Part shown: positions 8,669 to 18,980 of the stretch, piece after piece | Layout: the number at the start of each line of letters is the position of its first letter | Position numbering within the stretch: position 1 is the first letter of the stretch | Notes under the pieces: model-generated | What the model saw: the letters and a program-made list of their open reading frames with translations, nothing else | The model's database searches: none | Told to the model about the DNA's origin: nothing | Source of the DNA: an uncultured Acidobacteriota bacterium | Lineage (GTDB): Bacteria; Acidobacteriota; Polarisedimenticolia; J045 | Assembly (NCBI GenBank): GCA_963702425.1 | Contig: CAVPCQ010000038.1 | Location: 1 to 64,000, forward strand | DNA length: 64,000 nucleotides | Reading direction: 5' to 3' | Made by a program: the position numbers and the translations under genes

Positions 8669-11600
8669 ATGGTCCCGACCCAAGCGGTCCTGGCGTGGCT
8701 CCACCGCACCTTCGCGCTGCGCCGCGGGGAGGGCCGCCGCGCCCTGCTGCTGACCGTCTACCTGGGCGTCGTGATCGCCTCGTACCTGATCCTGAAAGCG
8801 GTTCGCGACGCGCTCTTCATCGCCGCCTTCAGCGCGATGAAGCTGCCCTACGTCATCTTCGGCATCGCGCTCCTGGTGGGCGTGTTCGTCGACGTCTACA
8901 TCAGGATCTCGCGCCGCGTCCCGGCGGCGCGGCTGATCACCTGGACGCTGGCCCTGTTCATCTCGAATCTCCTGGCGTTCTGGGTCCTGGCGCGGATGGG
9001 CTTCACCTGGCTCTTTCCGCTGCTCTATATCTGGGTCGGCTTCTTCGGGGTCGCGGCGCCGGTCCAGGTCTGGACGCTGGCCAACGAGGTCTTCACGACG
9101 CGCGAGGCGAAGCGCGTCTTCGGCATCGTCGGCGGCGGCGGGATCACGGGGGCGATCATCGGCGGCGCGATCGCCAGCGTGCTGGCGATCGAGATCGGGA
9201 CCGAGCAGCTGCTGCTGGTGGTCGCGCTGCTGCTGGTGGCCTGCATCGTCCTGGTGCACTGGATCGCGCGCTACCGGTTGCCGGTGCTGCGCGAGCGGCG
9301 GGATGAGGTCCTCCCGTGGAACCTGGCGATCAGCGCGCGGCGGGTGCGGAGTTCCCCGCACCTGCGGGTGCTGGCGGCGCTGGTCTTCGTCGGCGCGCTG
9401 GCCACGACGATCGTCGATTTTCAGTTCAAGGCGGCGGCCGGCGGTGCGGGATTCACCCGCGACGAGCTGACGGCGTTCTTCGCGGCGACCCTGTCGGCGA
9501 TGTCGCTGGTCGGCCTCGTCGTCCAGCTCGGGATCGTCCGGCCCGTGCTCCGGTCGCTCGGGTTGGGGGCGGCGATCCTGGTCCTGCCGTTCTCGCTGCT
9601 GCTCGGCGAGTCGACGCTGATCGTGCTGGGCAGCCTGTGGGCCGCGGTCTTCATGAAGGCCAGCGACGGCGCGTTCAAGCACTCGATCGACCGCTCGAGC
9701 AAGGAGCTGGCCTACCTGCCGGTCCCGGTCGAGATCAAGTTCCAGGTCAAGTCGGCGATCGACATGGTGCTCGATCGGCTGGGGGACGCGACGGGCGGCC
9801 TGGTCCTGCTCGTGCTCGCGACCTGGCTCGGCTTCTCGATCGTCACGATCGGCTGGGTCAACCTTGCTCTGCTCGGGGCCTGGCTGTTGCTGGCGCGCCG
9901 GCTGCGGCAGTCGTACGTCGACGAGCTGGCGACCTCGATCGGGGCCAAGAGCGCGCGCGCCAGCTACGAGTTGGACGCCTCGCTGATCGACGCCGACGCG
10001 CGCGCCGGGCTGCGGCGCGCGCTGACCGCCGCCGACCCGCAGACGATCGGGATCGCGCTCGAGCTGGCGTCGCTCTCCCCCGGCAGCGACCTCGAGCCGG
10101 AACTGGCCCAGCTCGCGCAGCACGAGAGCCCGGAGGTCCGCGCGCGCGTGCTGGGTGTGTTCCTCGCACCGGGCGGGTCCGGGCTGCCGCCCGAGCTGCT
10201 CGACCGGCTCGAGGAGGCCGACCACGACCTGCTCGCCAAGGGGCTCGACCTGGTGCTGGCGACGACGCCCGAAGAGCGCCGCGAGCGAGCCACGGCGCTG
10301 CTCGGCAAGCGTCGGCCCGACACGCAGGGCGTGATGCTGGCGCTGCTGGTGCGGCGGCTCGGCCCCGACTTCGCGCCGGTCGCGGCGCACGTGCTGGACG
10401 GGATGATCGCGGCCGACGCGCCGGCCTCGCTGCGTCGCGCCGCGGCCTCGGCGCTGGGGATGCTCCCCGCCGACTCGGCCCTGGCCGGCAAGCTCGACGC
10501 GCTGCTCGACGACCCCGAAACGGAGGTGCGGGCCCAGGCGGCAGAGAGCGCGGGGCGCCTCGGTCGCAGCGACCTGGTCCCGCGCCTGGTCGAGCTGCTC
10601 GGCTCCCACCGCACGCGACCGCCGGCGCACCGGGCGCTGGTGGCGCTCGGGGGGGAAGCGATCCCGGCTCTCGGGGCAGCCCTCGCCCGGCAGCGGGGCA
10701 CCCCCGCTTCGGGCTCGTCGCCGGAGTCGGCGGCCCTGCGGCACGTCCCGGCGGTGCTGCGCGCGATCGGCTCCTCGGGCGCGATCGCGCTGCTGGTCGA
10801 CAGCCTCGGCCACCCCGACGAGTTCGTGCGCGAGGCCTCGATCCACGCCGTCGAGCGGTTGCGCGAGCGCGACCCGGAGAACCTGCTGGCGGGCCCGGAG
10901 CTGGTCGATCCCGAGATTGCCGCCGACGGCGAGCGCCACGCCTGGATCCTCGGCCACTACGCGGCAGCCGCGGCCGAGACCGGCCCGGTGGCCGAGTTCC
11001 TCGCCGCGCGGCTGCGCGAGCACCTGGCGCGGGTGCGGCGCCGCGTCCTGTCGCTGCTCCGGATGCGGCTCGGGCCGCGCTCGGCCCAGGCCGTGGCCCG
11101 CGGCCTCGAGTCGGGACGCCCCGACCTGCGCGACAACGCGCTCGAGCTGCTCGACTCGGCCCTGCCGCGCTCGCTGCGCGCCTCGGTCGTGCCGATGCTG
11201 GAGGAGGAGCCGGCGGCGGTGCTCGAGATGCGTGCCGGGGAGCCGATCGGTTACCCTTCCCCGCGCCGCGCGCAGCTGCTGCGCGAGCTGGCGCTCGGGG
11301 CCGACCCGTGGCTCGCGGCCGCGGCGCTGCGGGTGGCCGCGGAGAGCGGGCTGGGCTGGGTCGAGGAGGTCGCGTCGCGCCGCCGCGACCACGCGGCCAC
11401 GGTCCTGGGCGAGGAAGCGCGGCGCGCGATGCGGAGGCGGGGTGGAGCCGAGGGGGAGGGACCGGGCGTGACGATGTCGCTCCTCGATCGCGCCGTGGCG
11501 CTGCGCGCGGTCGACGCCTTCCGCGGCGTCACCACCGATCAGCTCGCGCTGATCGCCGCGATCGCGGCCGAGCAGGTCCTTCCCGAGGGGAGCCTGCTGT

Positions 11601-11884
11601 TCGAGGAGGGGGCGCTCCCCGACAGCCTGTTCGTGGTCCTCGACGGCACCGTGTCGCTCATGCGCCAGGGCGCCCCGATGGGCACCGTCGCCGCCGGAGA
11701 AGCACTCGGCACATGGTCGCTGCTCGACGACGAGCCGCGCTCCGCGCGCGCCGTCGCGGCCACGCCGGTCCGGGTGCTGACGATCGAGCGCGAAGACTTC
11801 TACGACGTGCTCGCCGAGCACAGCGAGATCAGCCGCAGCCTGATGCGCGACCTCGTCGGACGGCTGCGCGAGCTGGCGCACTGA
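8669..11884 (+). CDS. Npt1/Npt2 (NTT, ATP/ADP translocase-like) MFS transporter fused to HEAT repeats and a C-terminal cNMP-binding domain
   Basis: YLILKAVRDALF, QVWTLANEVFTTREAKRVFG, KELAYLPV..KFQVKSAIDMVLDRLGD; HEAT repeats (LLDDPETEVRAQAA); LFEEGALPDSLFVVLDG...EPRSA cNMP fold. Confidence 0.88.
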   Translation: MVPTQAVLAWLHRTFALRRGEGRRALLLTVYLGVVIASYLILKAVRDALFIAAFSAMKLPYVIFGIALLVGVFVDVYIRISRRVPAARLITWTLALFISNLLAFWVLARMGFTWLFPLLYIWVGFFGVAAPVQVWTLANEVFTTREAKRVFGIVGGGGITGAIIGGAIASVLAIEIGTEQLLLVVALLLVACIVLVHWIARYRLPVLRERRDEVLPWNLAISARRVRSSPHLRVLAALVFVGALATTIVDFQFKAAAGGAGFTRDELTAFFAATLSAMSLVGLVVQLGIVRPVLRSLGLGAAILVLPFSLLLGESTLIVLGSLWAAVFMKASDGAFKHSIDRSSKELAYLPVPVEIKFQVKSAIDMVLDRLGDATGGLVLLVLATWLGFSIVTIGWVNLALLGAWLLLARRLRQSYVDELATSIGAKSARASYELDASLIDADARAGLRRALTAADPQTIGIALELASLSPGSDLEPELAQLAQHESPEVRARVLGVFLAPGGSGLPPELLDRLEEADHDLLAKGLDLVLATTPEERRERATALLGKRRPDTQGVMLALLVRRLGPDFAPVAAHVLDGMIAADAPASLRRAAASALGMLPADSALAGKLDALLDDPETEVRAQAAESAGRLGRSDLVPRLVELLGSHRTRPPAHRALVALGGEAIPALGAALARQRGTPASGSSPESAALRHVPAVLRAIGSSGAIALLVDSLGHPDEFVREASIHAVERLRERDPENLLAGPELVDPEIAADGERHAWILGHYAAAAAETGPVAEFLAARLREHLARVRRRVLSLLRMRLGPRSAQAVARGLESGRPDLRDNALELLDSALPRSLRASVVPMLEEEPAAVLEMRAGEPIGYPSPRRAQLLRELALGADPWLAAAALRVAAESGLGWVEEVASRRRDHAATVLGEEARRAMRRRGGAEGEGPGVTMSLLDRAVALRAVDAFRGVTTDQLALIAAIAAEQVLPEGSLLFEEGALPDSLFVVLDGTVSLMRQGAPMGTVAAGEALGTWSLLDDEPRSARAVAATPVRVLTIEREDFYDVLAEHSEISRSLMRDLVGRLRELAH

Positions 11885-11906
11885 GCCGGCAGGGCAAGGG
11901 GAGACG

Positions 11907-12371
11907 ATGACGGAACCGGGGAACGAGAAGGCGCAGCTGCTGGTCGTCGACGACGACGTCCTGGTCACGCGCACGCTGTCCTTCCTCTTCGCGGGCCAGG
12001 ACGACTTCGCGGTCCAGATGTTCAATGATCCGCGCGCGGCGCTGCAGCACCTCGAGAGCCACTCCGTCGACGTCGTCGTCGCCGACTACCTGATGCCGGG
12101 GATGGACGGGCTGCAATTCCTGTCCGAGGTGCGCCGGACGCACCCTGCGGCGAGCCGGATCATCCTCACCGGCTACGCCGACAAGGACGCGGCGATCCGC
12201 GCGATCAACGAGGTCGGCCTCTACCACTTCCTCGAGAAGCCGTGGCGCAACGAAGAGCTGCTGCTGATCCTGCGCCACGCGGCCGAGCGGGCGCGGCTCG
12301 TGTCCGAGCTGGAGCGCCGTACCGGCGACATTGCCGCCTTCCGCGAGAAGCTGTTCCGGGCCCTCCTGTGA
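11907..12371 (+). CDS. Response regulator (receiver domain + short coiled tail)
   Basis: LLVVDDD, VVADYLMPGMDG, ILTG and FLEKPW. Confidence 0.92.
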   Translation: MTEPGNEKAQLLVVDDDVLVTRTLSFLFAGQDDFAVQMFNDPRAALQHLESHSVDVVVADYLMPGMDGLQFLSEVRRTHPAASRIILTGYADKDAAIRAINEVGLYHFLEKPWRNEELLLILRHAAERARLVSELERRTGDIAAFREKLFRALL

Positions 12372-13552
12372 CCGAGCCGCTCGCGGCTTGCCAGGAGCTG
12401 TTCGAGGGGCACGTCGACCCCGGTGCCCTGCTCGATGCCGGCCTCGCCGTCCTCGTGCAGAACGCCGCCGCGCGCGGGGTGTTCGGCGAAGGCGTGGGCC
12501 GGCCCTGCTACGCGCTGCACTTCGGCCGCGAGGCGCCGTGTCCCGGCTGCCGCGCCGCGGAAGTGACCCACGACGGCGCGGCGCTGCGCTGGATGATGGA
12601 GGTTGCCGGGGAGTTTCCAGGGGCGGCGCGATCCGGGGTGTGGGAGGTGACACTCATCCCGGTGAAGGATGCCGCCGGGCGCGTCACCCGGTTCGTCGAG
12701 CTGCTGCGCGACGCGACGCTGAGCCTCGGGCTGGAGCAGCATCTGATCGAACTGGCGCGGGGCCTCGACCTCGAGATTGCCCGTCGCACCACCGAAGCCG
12801 GGGAGTTGACCCAGCGCGCGCGCGCACTGCAGGCCGAGATCGAGCGCCTCACCGAGGAGGAGGCGGATCTGCTCCGGACCGAGCGGATGGCGGCGCTGGG
12901 GCGGGTCGTTGCCGGCGTGGCGCACGAGATCCACACCCCCCTCGGCGCGATCCTCTCGACGCTGGAGATGGTCCGGGCGCGACTGGCCGACGGGCGGGCC
13001 GACGAGCTGAGCGAACTGGTCGAACTGATGCAGGACGCCGGCGAACGGATCCGTAAGGTGGTCCGCACGCTGCGCGTCTTCTCGCGCCTCGACGCCGCGC
13101 AGATCGAGACGGTGGACATCCACGAGGGGCTGGAGTCGTCGCTGCACCTGCTGGCGCACGAGATGCAGCCCCGGGTGGCGGCCCTGTGCGAGTACGGCGA
13201 GACCCCGCGGGTCCGCTGCCGGCCGGACCAGATCAACCAGATCTTCCTGAATATCCTGCGGAACGCCGTGCAGGCGATCGAAGGACAGGGCACCATCACG
13301 GTGCGTACGTTCGCGCACGAGGGTGCGGCCGTGGTCGAGATCGAGGACACCGGGCCCGGGATCGCCGCCGAGAACCTGGAGCGGGTCTTCGAGGCCGGGT
13401 TCACGACCAAACCCCGCGGCGAGGGGACGGGCTGGGGCCTGTCGATCTGCCGGCGGATCGTGCACGAGCACGGCGGTGAGATCGCCGTGCGCAGCACGGT
13501 CGGGCGCGGCACGACGTTCCGCATCACGCTGCCGATCGAGGGACCGCCATGA
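12368..13552 (+). CDS. Cytoplasmic sensor histidine kinase with Cys-rich PAS-like domain (NtrB-like HisKA/HATPase)
   Basis: H box AGVAHEIHTPL, N box QIFLNILRNA, DTGPGI, FTTK..GTGWGLSI; PAS-like region with CYALHFGREAPCPGC; GTGA overlap with RR stop. Confidence 0.9.
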   Translation: MTEPLAACQELFEGHVDPGALLDAGLAVLVQNAAARGVFGEGVGRPCYALHFGREAPCPGCRAAEVTHDGAALRWMMEVAGEFPGAARSGVWEVTLIPVKDAAGRVTRFVELLRDATLSLGLEQHLIELARGLDLEIARRTTEAGELTQRARALQAEIERLTEEEADLLRTERMAALGRVVAGVAHEIHTPLGAILSTLEMVRARLADGRADELSELVELMQDAGERIRKVVRTLRVFSRLDAAQIETVDIHEGLESSLHLLAHEMQPRVAALCEYGETPRVRCRPDQINQIFLNILRNAVQAIEGQGTITVRTFAHEGAAVVEIEDTGPGIAAENLERVFEAGFTTKPRGEGTGWGLSICRRIVHEHGGEIAVRSTVGRGTTFRITLPIEGPP

Positions 13553-15546
13553 GTTGCCCGCCCCGACGCCTCCCGTCCCTGCTCTCCTTCGTGCTCACCG
13601 CCGCGGCGGTGGGTATCGCGACGGTCCCGGCTTCGCGCGCCGGCGCGCCCGGAGACCCTCCGACGTGGCGCTACGCCGGGGTCGAGCGCGTCGTCGCGAT
13701 CGGCGACGTCCACGGCAGCTACGAGCCGCTGGTCGAGGTGCTGCGCGCCGCGGGGCTGATCGACGAGGCGCTGGCCTGGAGCGGCGGCAAGGCGCACCTC
13801 GTGATGCTCGGCGACCTCGTCGACCGCGGTCCGAAGGAGCGCGAGGTGCTGGACCTCGTCATGCGGCTCGAACGCGAGGCGCCGGAAGCCGGCGGCCAGG
13901 TGCACGTGCTGCTCGGCAACCACGAGGTGATGAACCTGGTCGGCGACCTGCGCTACGTCTCGAAGGCCGGCTACGCCGAGTACGCCGAGGCGACCCCGCC
14001 CAGGGAGCGCGAACAGGCGCTGGCCCGCTTCATGCGGTCCGGCGGCGGCGCGGAGACCGGCCCCGAGGGGGTGCTGCCGCGGTTCAACGAGCTCTACCCG
14101 CCCGGGTACTTCGAGCGACAGAAGGCCTTCTCGGCGAGCGGCGCCTACGGCCGCTGGCTGCTCTCGAAGTCCTTCATCCTCGTGATCGACGACGTCGCGT
14201 ACGTGCACGGCGGCCTGCCGCCGAGCGTGGCCTCGGAGGGCGCGGAGGCACTCAACCGGTCGCTGATGCAGGAGATCCAGGCCTACATCAAGGCGCGCGA
14301 GACGCTGATCGAGGCCGGTCTGCTCGACCCGGAGACGAGCTTCGTCGAGTCGTTCCAGCGGGTCGGGCAGAAGGTGGAAGAGGCCGAGGCCAAGGGGCAG
14401 GCGCTGCCGGAGGCGTCTGCGAAGGCGGCCGAGACCCTGCTGGCGAGCGCGGGCGCCTACGCCTTCAGCAATGAGAACCCGTTCTGGTACCGCGGCACGT
14501 CGCTCAACCCCGAGCCGCAGGAACTGCCGGCCTTCGAGGCGGCGCTGGCGAAGCTGGGCGCGAAGTCGGTGGTCGTCGGACACACCACCACCCCCGGCGG
14601 GCGGATCACCTCGCGCTTCGGCGGGCGCCTGCTGCGCGCGGACACGGGGATGCTGAGCGAGGTCTACCGCGGCCGCGGCGCGGCGGTCGTGGCGGAGGGC
14701 GGGACGCGGCGGACGCTCTACCCCGGCGACCCGGCGGACACCAAGCCCGTTCCCGAGACGAAGGAGGAGCCGGGTCCGATCGTCGCCCAGGGGATGCCTG
14801 ACGCAGCGCTCGAGACCTTCCTGAAGACCGCCGACGTGGTCAAGATCGAGGACATCGGCTCCGGCATCACCCGGCCCAAGCGGCTGTCGCTGCAGAAGGA
14901 CGGCGTTTCACGGCGCGCGGCGTTCAAGTACGTCGACGAGACGTTCGACTCGACGGTGCGCATCGCCGGCCGCCTGGAGATGCAGTTCAACGACCGTTAC
15001 ATCTACGACGTCGCGGCCTACCGGCTCGACCGGCTGCTCGAGATGGACATGGTGCCGGTCGCGGTCGAGCGGACGGTCGACGGTACCGCGGGGGCGGTGC
15101 AGGACTGGATCGAGAACGCGATCGACGAGGGGCGGCGTGTGACCGAGAAGCTCGAGCCCTATGACGCCGAGTCCTTCAAGCGCCAGACCCAGGTGATGCG
15201 CGTCTTCGACGCGCTGATCTACAACGCGGACCGCAACCAGGGGAACATCCTCTACACCCCCGGGGACTGGAAGCTGCACCTGATCGACCACACGCGCGCG
15301 TTCCGGCTCGGCACGGGGCGCCCGCCGGGCCTCGTCGACGTGCCACTCGTGATCGAGCCCGAGCTGCGCGTGCGGCTCGCGGCACTGAACGAGGAGCAGT
15401 TGAAGTCGGCCCTCGGTGGCCTGCTGAGCAACGCGCAGATCGGCGCGATCCTGAAGCGCCGCGACAAGCTGCTGGCGGAGACGGTGCCGAAGGCGGCGCC
15501 CAAGGCACCGGCCAGCGCCGCGCCGGCCGTGAAGCGCGCCTCGTAG
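13549..15546 (+). CDS. Secreted calcineurin-like metallophosphoesterase fused to a PI3/PI4-kinase-like (Fam20/HipA-fold) kinase domain
   Basis: Signal peptide; GDVHG, GDLVDRG, GNHE, VHGG and GHT; C-terminal GSGIT, AAFK, VAAYRLDRLL..VP, NADRNQGN and LIDHTRAF. Confidence 0.82.
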   Translation: MSCPPRRLPSLLSFVLTAAAVGIATVPASRAGAPGDPPTWRYAGVERVVAIGDVHGSYEPLVEVLRAAGLIDEALAWSGGKAHLVMLGDLVDRGPKEREVLDLVMRLEREAPEAGGQVHVLLGNHEVMNLVGDLRYVSKAGYAEYAEATPPREREQALARFMRSGGGAETGPEGVLPRFNELYPPGYFERQKAFSASGAYGRWLLSKSFILVIDDVAYVHGGLPPSVASEGAEALNRSLMQEIQAYIKARETLIEAGLLDPETSFVESFQRVGQKVEEAEAKGQALPEASAKAAETLLASAGAYAFSNENPFWYRGTSLNPEPQELPAFEAALAKLGAKSVVVGHTTTPGGRITSRFGGRLLRADTGMLSEVYRGRGAAVVAEGGTRRTLYPGDPADTKPVPETKEEPGPIVAQGMPDAALETFLKTADVVKIEDIGSGITRPKRLSLQKDGVSRRAAFKYVDETFDSTVRIAGRLEMQFNDRYIYDVAAYRLDRLLEMDMVPVAVERTVDGTAGAVQDWIENAIDEGRRVTEKLEPYDAESFKRQTQVMRVFDALIYNADRNQGNILYTPGDWKLHLIDHTRAFRLGTGRPPGLVDVPLVIEPELRVRLAALNEEQLKSALGGLLSNAQIGAILKRRDKLLAETVPKAAPKAPASAAPAVKRAS

Positions 15547-15597
15547 CCGGCGTCCCGAGCCGGCCCGCGCGGCCGCCGCGGGTCCAGGAGGCTGTCC

Positions 15598-16638
15598 GTG
15601 AGCGACCGCGCACGCCCGTGGCGACGGTTGGCGCTGAACACGCTCCTCGTGGTCGCGTCGGTGGCCATCGCGCTCGGGCTTGTCGACCTCCTGCTGATCG
15701 TCACGCACACCCCTGTCCACGGACCGATCTGGGAGGCTCAGGGGCTCTTCCGCCTCGATCGGGAGCTGATCTACTCGCTGGTCCCCGGTAAGAAACGGGT
15801 CTGGCGCACCGACGAGTTCGCGGAGCAGGCCTCCATCAACCGGGAGGGGCTGCGGGGCGCCGAGCTTCGGGAACGACGGGGGATCGACTCGCGCATCATC
15901 GTGACCGGCGACTCCGTCGTCTTCGGCCACGGCGTCGGCGACGGAGAGGCCTTTCCGAAGCAGCTCGAGGCGATCTTCGCGTCCGAGGGCCGCAACGTCG
16001 AGGTGCTCAACGCGGGCGTGAAAGGCTACGGCACCGACCAGTCGTTCAAGTCCTTCGATCGTCGCCTGCAGGCCCTGAAACCGGATGTCCTGGTGTTCGC
16101 CGTCAACACCAACGACGTGGCCGACAACATCCGGCAACCGCTCTATACCGTGCAGGACGGCCGGCTTCGCGAGCTCGACGCAACGCGCAACCCGTTCTAC
16201 CGGGTCGTCTGGCTCGATTCGCACCTCCCGGGGGCCGTCCGCCGCACCGACCTGTACGGGCGGCTCGTCACCCGGCTGCTCCGCGCCGACTGGGATCGCG
16301 CGCTTCCCGACAGCGACCCCGATCGGCTCAAGGCGTGGTCCCGGGAGAAGGTCGTGCTGGAGATTGAGTCGCTTCACGACCGGTCCCGGTCGGCCGGCTT
16401 CCGGCTCGTCGTGCTGGGGCTCCCCAGCACGGCGCCCAACGCGTTCCGATGGCTGCGGTCGAGCCTGCCCGAGGGCGTCGATTTCCTCGACGCGAACGAG
16501 GTCGAAGCCTGGGCGAGCGAACCGTCCCGGTGGTTCCTGAACGACCGGACTCACCTCACCGTGGCCGGCAACGAGCGGCTCGCCCAGCGGCTCTACGCCC
16601 ACCTGCTCGACACGGAGAGCCCCGCCACCGCACCATAG
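15598..16638 (+). CDS. Membrane-anchored SGNH/GDSL hydrolase-family protein
   Basis: N-terminal TM; TGDSVVFG, NAGVKGYG, NTND and DRTH blocks. Confidence 0.85.
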   Translation: MSDRARPWRRLALNTLLVVASVAIALGLVDLLLIVTHTPVHGPIWEAQGLFRLDRELIYSLVPGKKRVWRTDEFAEQASINREGLRGAELRERRGIDSRIIVTGDSVVFGHGVGDGEAFPKQLEAIFASEGRNVEVLNAGVKGYGTDQSFKSFDRRLQALKPDVLVFAVNTNDVADNIRQPLYTVQDGRLRELDATRNPFYRVVWLDSHLPGAVRRTDLYGRLVTRLLRADWDRALPDSDPDRLKAWSREKVVLEIESLHDRSRSAGFRLVVLGLPSTAPNAFRWLRSSLPEGVDFLDANEVEAWASEPSRWFLNDRTHLTVAGNERLAQRLYAHLLDTESPATAP

Positions 16639-16693
16639 GACAGCCGTCGCGTCGAATGCGTGGTGGCGAGGCCGGGCCAACTCCGGGGTGGAC

Positions 16694-18534
16694 ATGACGG
16701 TGCACGACTCGCCAGCCTTCATCCTCGGGATCTCGGCCTTCTACCACGATTCCGCCGCCTGTCTCGTGCAGGATGGCCGGATCGTCGCTGCGGCCCAGGA
16801 AGAACGCTTCACGCGCCGGAAGCACGACGCGGGATTCCCGCGGCACGCGATCGACTACTGCCTGCGCGAGGCGCGCATCGGCCCGGACCGGCTGACCGCG
16901 GTCGCCTTCTACGACAAGCCGTGGATCAAGTTCGAGCGGCTGCTCGAAACCTACCTCGCGTTCGCGCCCGGCCGGTCGTGTCCTCCTTCCTGAAGAGCAT
17001 GCCGCTCTGGCTGAAGCAGAAGCTCTGGATCGGCGACCTGATCGCGCGCGAGCTGGGCTACGACGGCGATCTGCTCTTCCCGGAGCACCACCAGTCGCAC
17101 GCCGCGTCCGCCTTCTTCCCGTCTCCCTTCGAGCGAGCCGCGTTCCTGACGATGGACGGGGTGGGGGAGTGGGCCACCGCTTCCTGGGGCGTCGGGCACG
17201 GCAACCGGGTCGAGATCTCGCACGAGCTGCGCTTCCCGCACAGCCTCGGCCTGCTCTACAGCGCCTTCACCTACTACACCGGCTTCAAGGTCAACTCGGG
17301 GGAGTACAAGGTGATGGGGCTAGCGCCCTACGGCGAGCCCCGGTACGCCGGGCTGATCTACGACCACCTCCTCGACCTGCGCGAGGACGGCTCGTTCCGC
17401 CTCAACATGGAGTACTTCAACTACTGCCAGGGCCTGACGATGACCTCGGAGCGGTTCCACCGGCTCTTCGGCGGCCCGCCGCGGGCGGCGGAGTCCGAGG
17501 TCACGCAGCGCGAGATGGACCTCGCCCGCTCGCTGCAGGACGTCACCGAGGAGGTCATGCTGCGGATGGCGCGCCACGTGCGGAAGGCGACCGGGGAGCG
17601 GAACCTGTGCCTCGCCGGCGGCGTCGCGCTCAACTGCGTCGGGAACGGGAGAATCCTGCGAGAGCGAGTGTTCGACCGGCTGTGGATCCAGCCCGCCGCC
17701 GGTGATGCCGGAGGCGCCCTCGGCGCCGCGCTCTTCGCCTGGCACCAGGTCCGCGGCGAGCCCCGCCGCGCGGACCCGGGTCGCGACAGCCAGTCGGGCT
17801 CGTACCTCGGACCCGCGTTTCCCGGCGATGCGATCCGGCAGTGGCTCGACGGTGCGGGCATTCCGTACCGCACGCACTCCCCGTCCGAGATCCCGGGCCT
17901 CGCGGCCGAACTGATTGCGCAGGAGAAGGTCGTGGGGTGGTTCTCCGGGCGGATGGAGTTCGGGCCCCGGGCGCTGGGGGCCCGGAGCATCCTCGGGGAC
18001 GCCCGCAGCCCGAAGATGCAGTCGGTCCTGAACCTCAAGATCAAGTTCCGGGAGTCGTTCCGCCCCTTCGCGCCATCCTGCCTGGTCGAGGACGTGTCGG
18101 AGTACTTCGAGCTGGAGGTCGAGTCGCCGTACATGCTCCTCGTCGCGCCGGTCGTCGAGACGCGACGGCTCGCGATGAGCGCGGAGCAGTCGGCGCTGTT
18201 CGGGATCGAGAAGCTCAACGTCCCGCGCAGCGACATCCCCGCGGTGACGCACGTCGACTACTCGGCGCGCGTGCAGACGGTCGACGCCCGCGATCACGCG
18301 CAGTACCACGAGCTGATCCGTGAGTTCAAGCGGCGGACCGGGTACGGGGTCATCATCAACACGTCGTTCAACGTCCGCGGCGAGCCGATCGTCTGCACGC
18401 CGCAGGATGCCTACCTGTGCTTCATGCGGACGCAGATGGACGCGCTGGTGCTGGAGGACTGCGTGCTGCTCAAGGAAGAGCAGCCGCCGCTGAAGGACGA
18501 CGTCGACTGGAGATCGCAGTATGGCCTCGACTGA
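16694..18534 (+). CDS. Carbamoyltransferase (NodU/CmcH/SxtI family), frameshifted near 16965-16980
   Basis: ILGISAFYHDSAA..QEERFTRRKHD in one frame; EHHQSHAASAF, GEYKVMGLAPYG, EFGPRALG, KFRESFRPFAP and NTSFNVRGEPIV in another. Confidence 0.9.
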
Positions 18535-18949
18535 GGGGATCGGCCTGCCGGCGAGGCCCGCGACGCGCAGCGGCCGCGAGCTGCGGACGTTCGGGCTGGT
18601 GATGGCGGGAGCGTTCGGCGCGCTGGGTGGCCTGGCGGCGTGGCGCGGCCGGTCCGCCGGGCCGGTCCTGCTCGGCGTGGCGGCCGCCTTCCTGCTGCTC
18701 GGGCTGGCCTTGCCGCGGCTCCTCCGGCCCGTCGAGAAGGCCTGGATGGCGGTCGCGCGGGTGATGGGCGTCGTGATGACGCACGTCATCCTGACGCTCT
18801 TCTACTACCTCGTGATCACACCGTTCGGAATCGCGATGCGGATCGCCGGCCGCGACCCCCTGGGGCTGAAGGCGGCCCCGGCGCGCGAGTCCTTCTGGGA
18901 AGCGGTCGATCCGCAGGGATCGGCCTCCCGCCCGGACAAGCCCTATTGA
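18521..18949 (+). CDS. SxtJ-family membrane protein
   Basis: ELRTFGL...WMAVARVMG..ILTLFYYLVITPFG..GRDPL; follows the carbamoyltransferase. Confidence 0.85.
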   Translation: MASTEGIGLPARPATRSGRELRTFGLVMAGAFGALGGLAAWRGRSAGPVLLGVAAAFLLLGLALPRLLRPVEKAWMAVARVMGVVMTHVILTLFYYLVITPFGIAMRIAGRDPLGLKAAPARESFWEAVDPQGSASRPDKPY

Positions 18950-18980
18950 GCCGGAGCCAGCGGCGGGAGAGAATCCGGAC

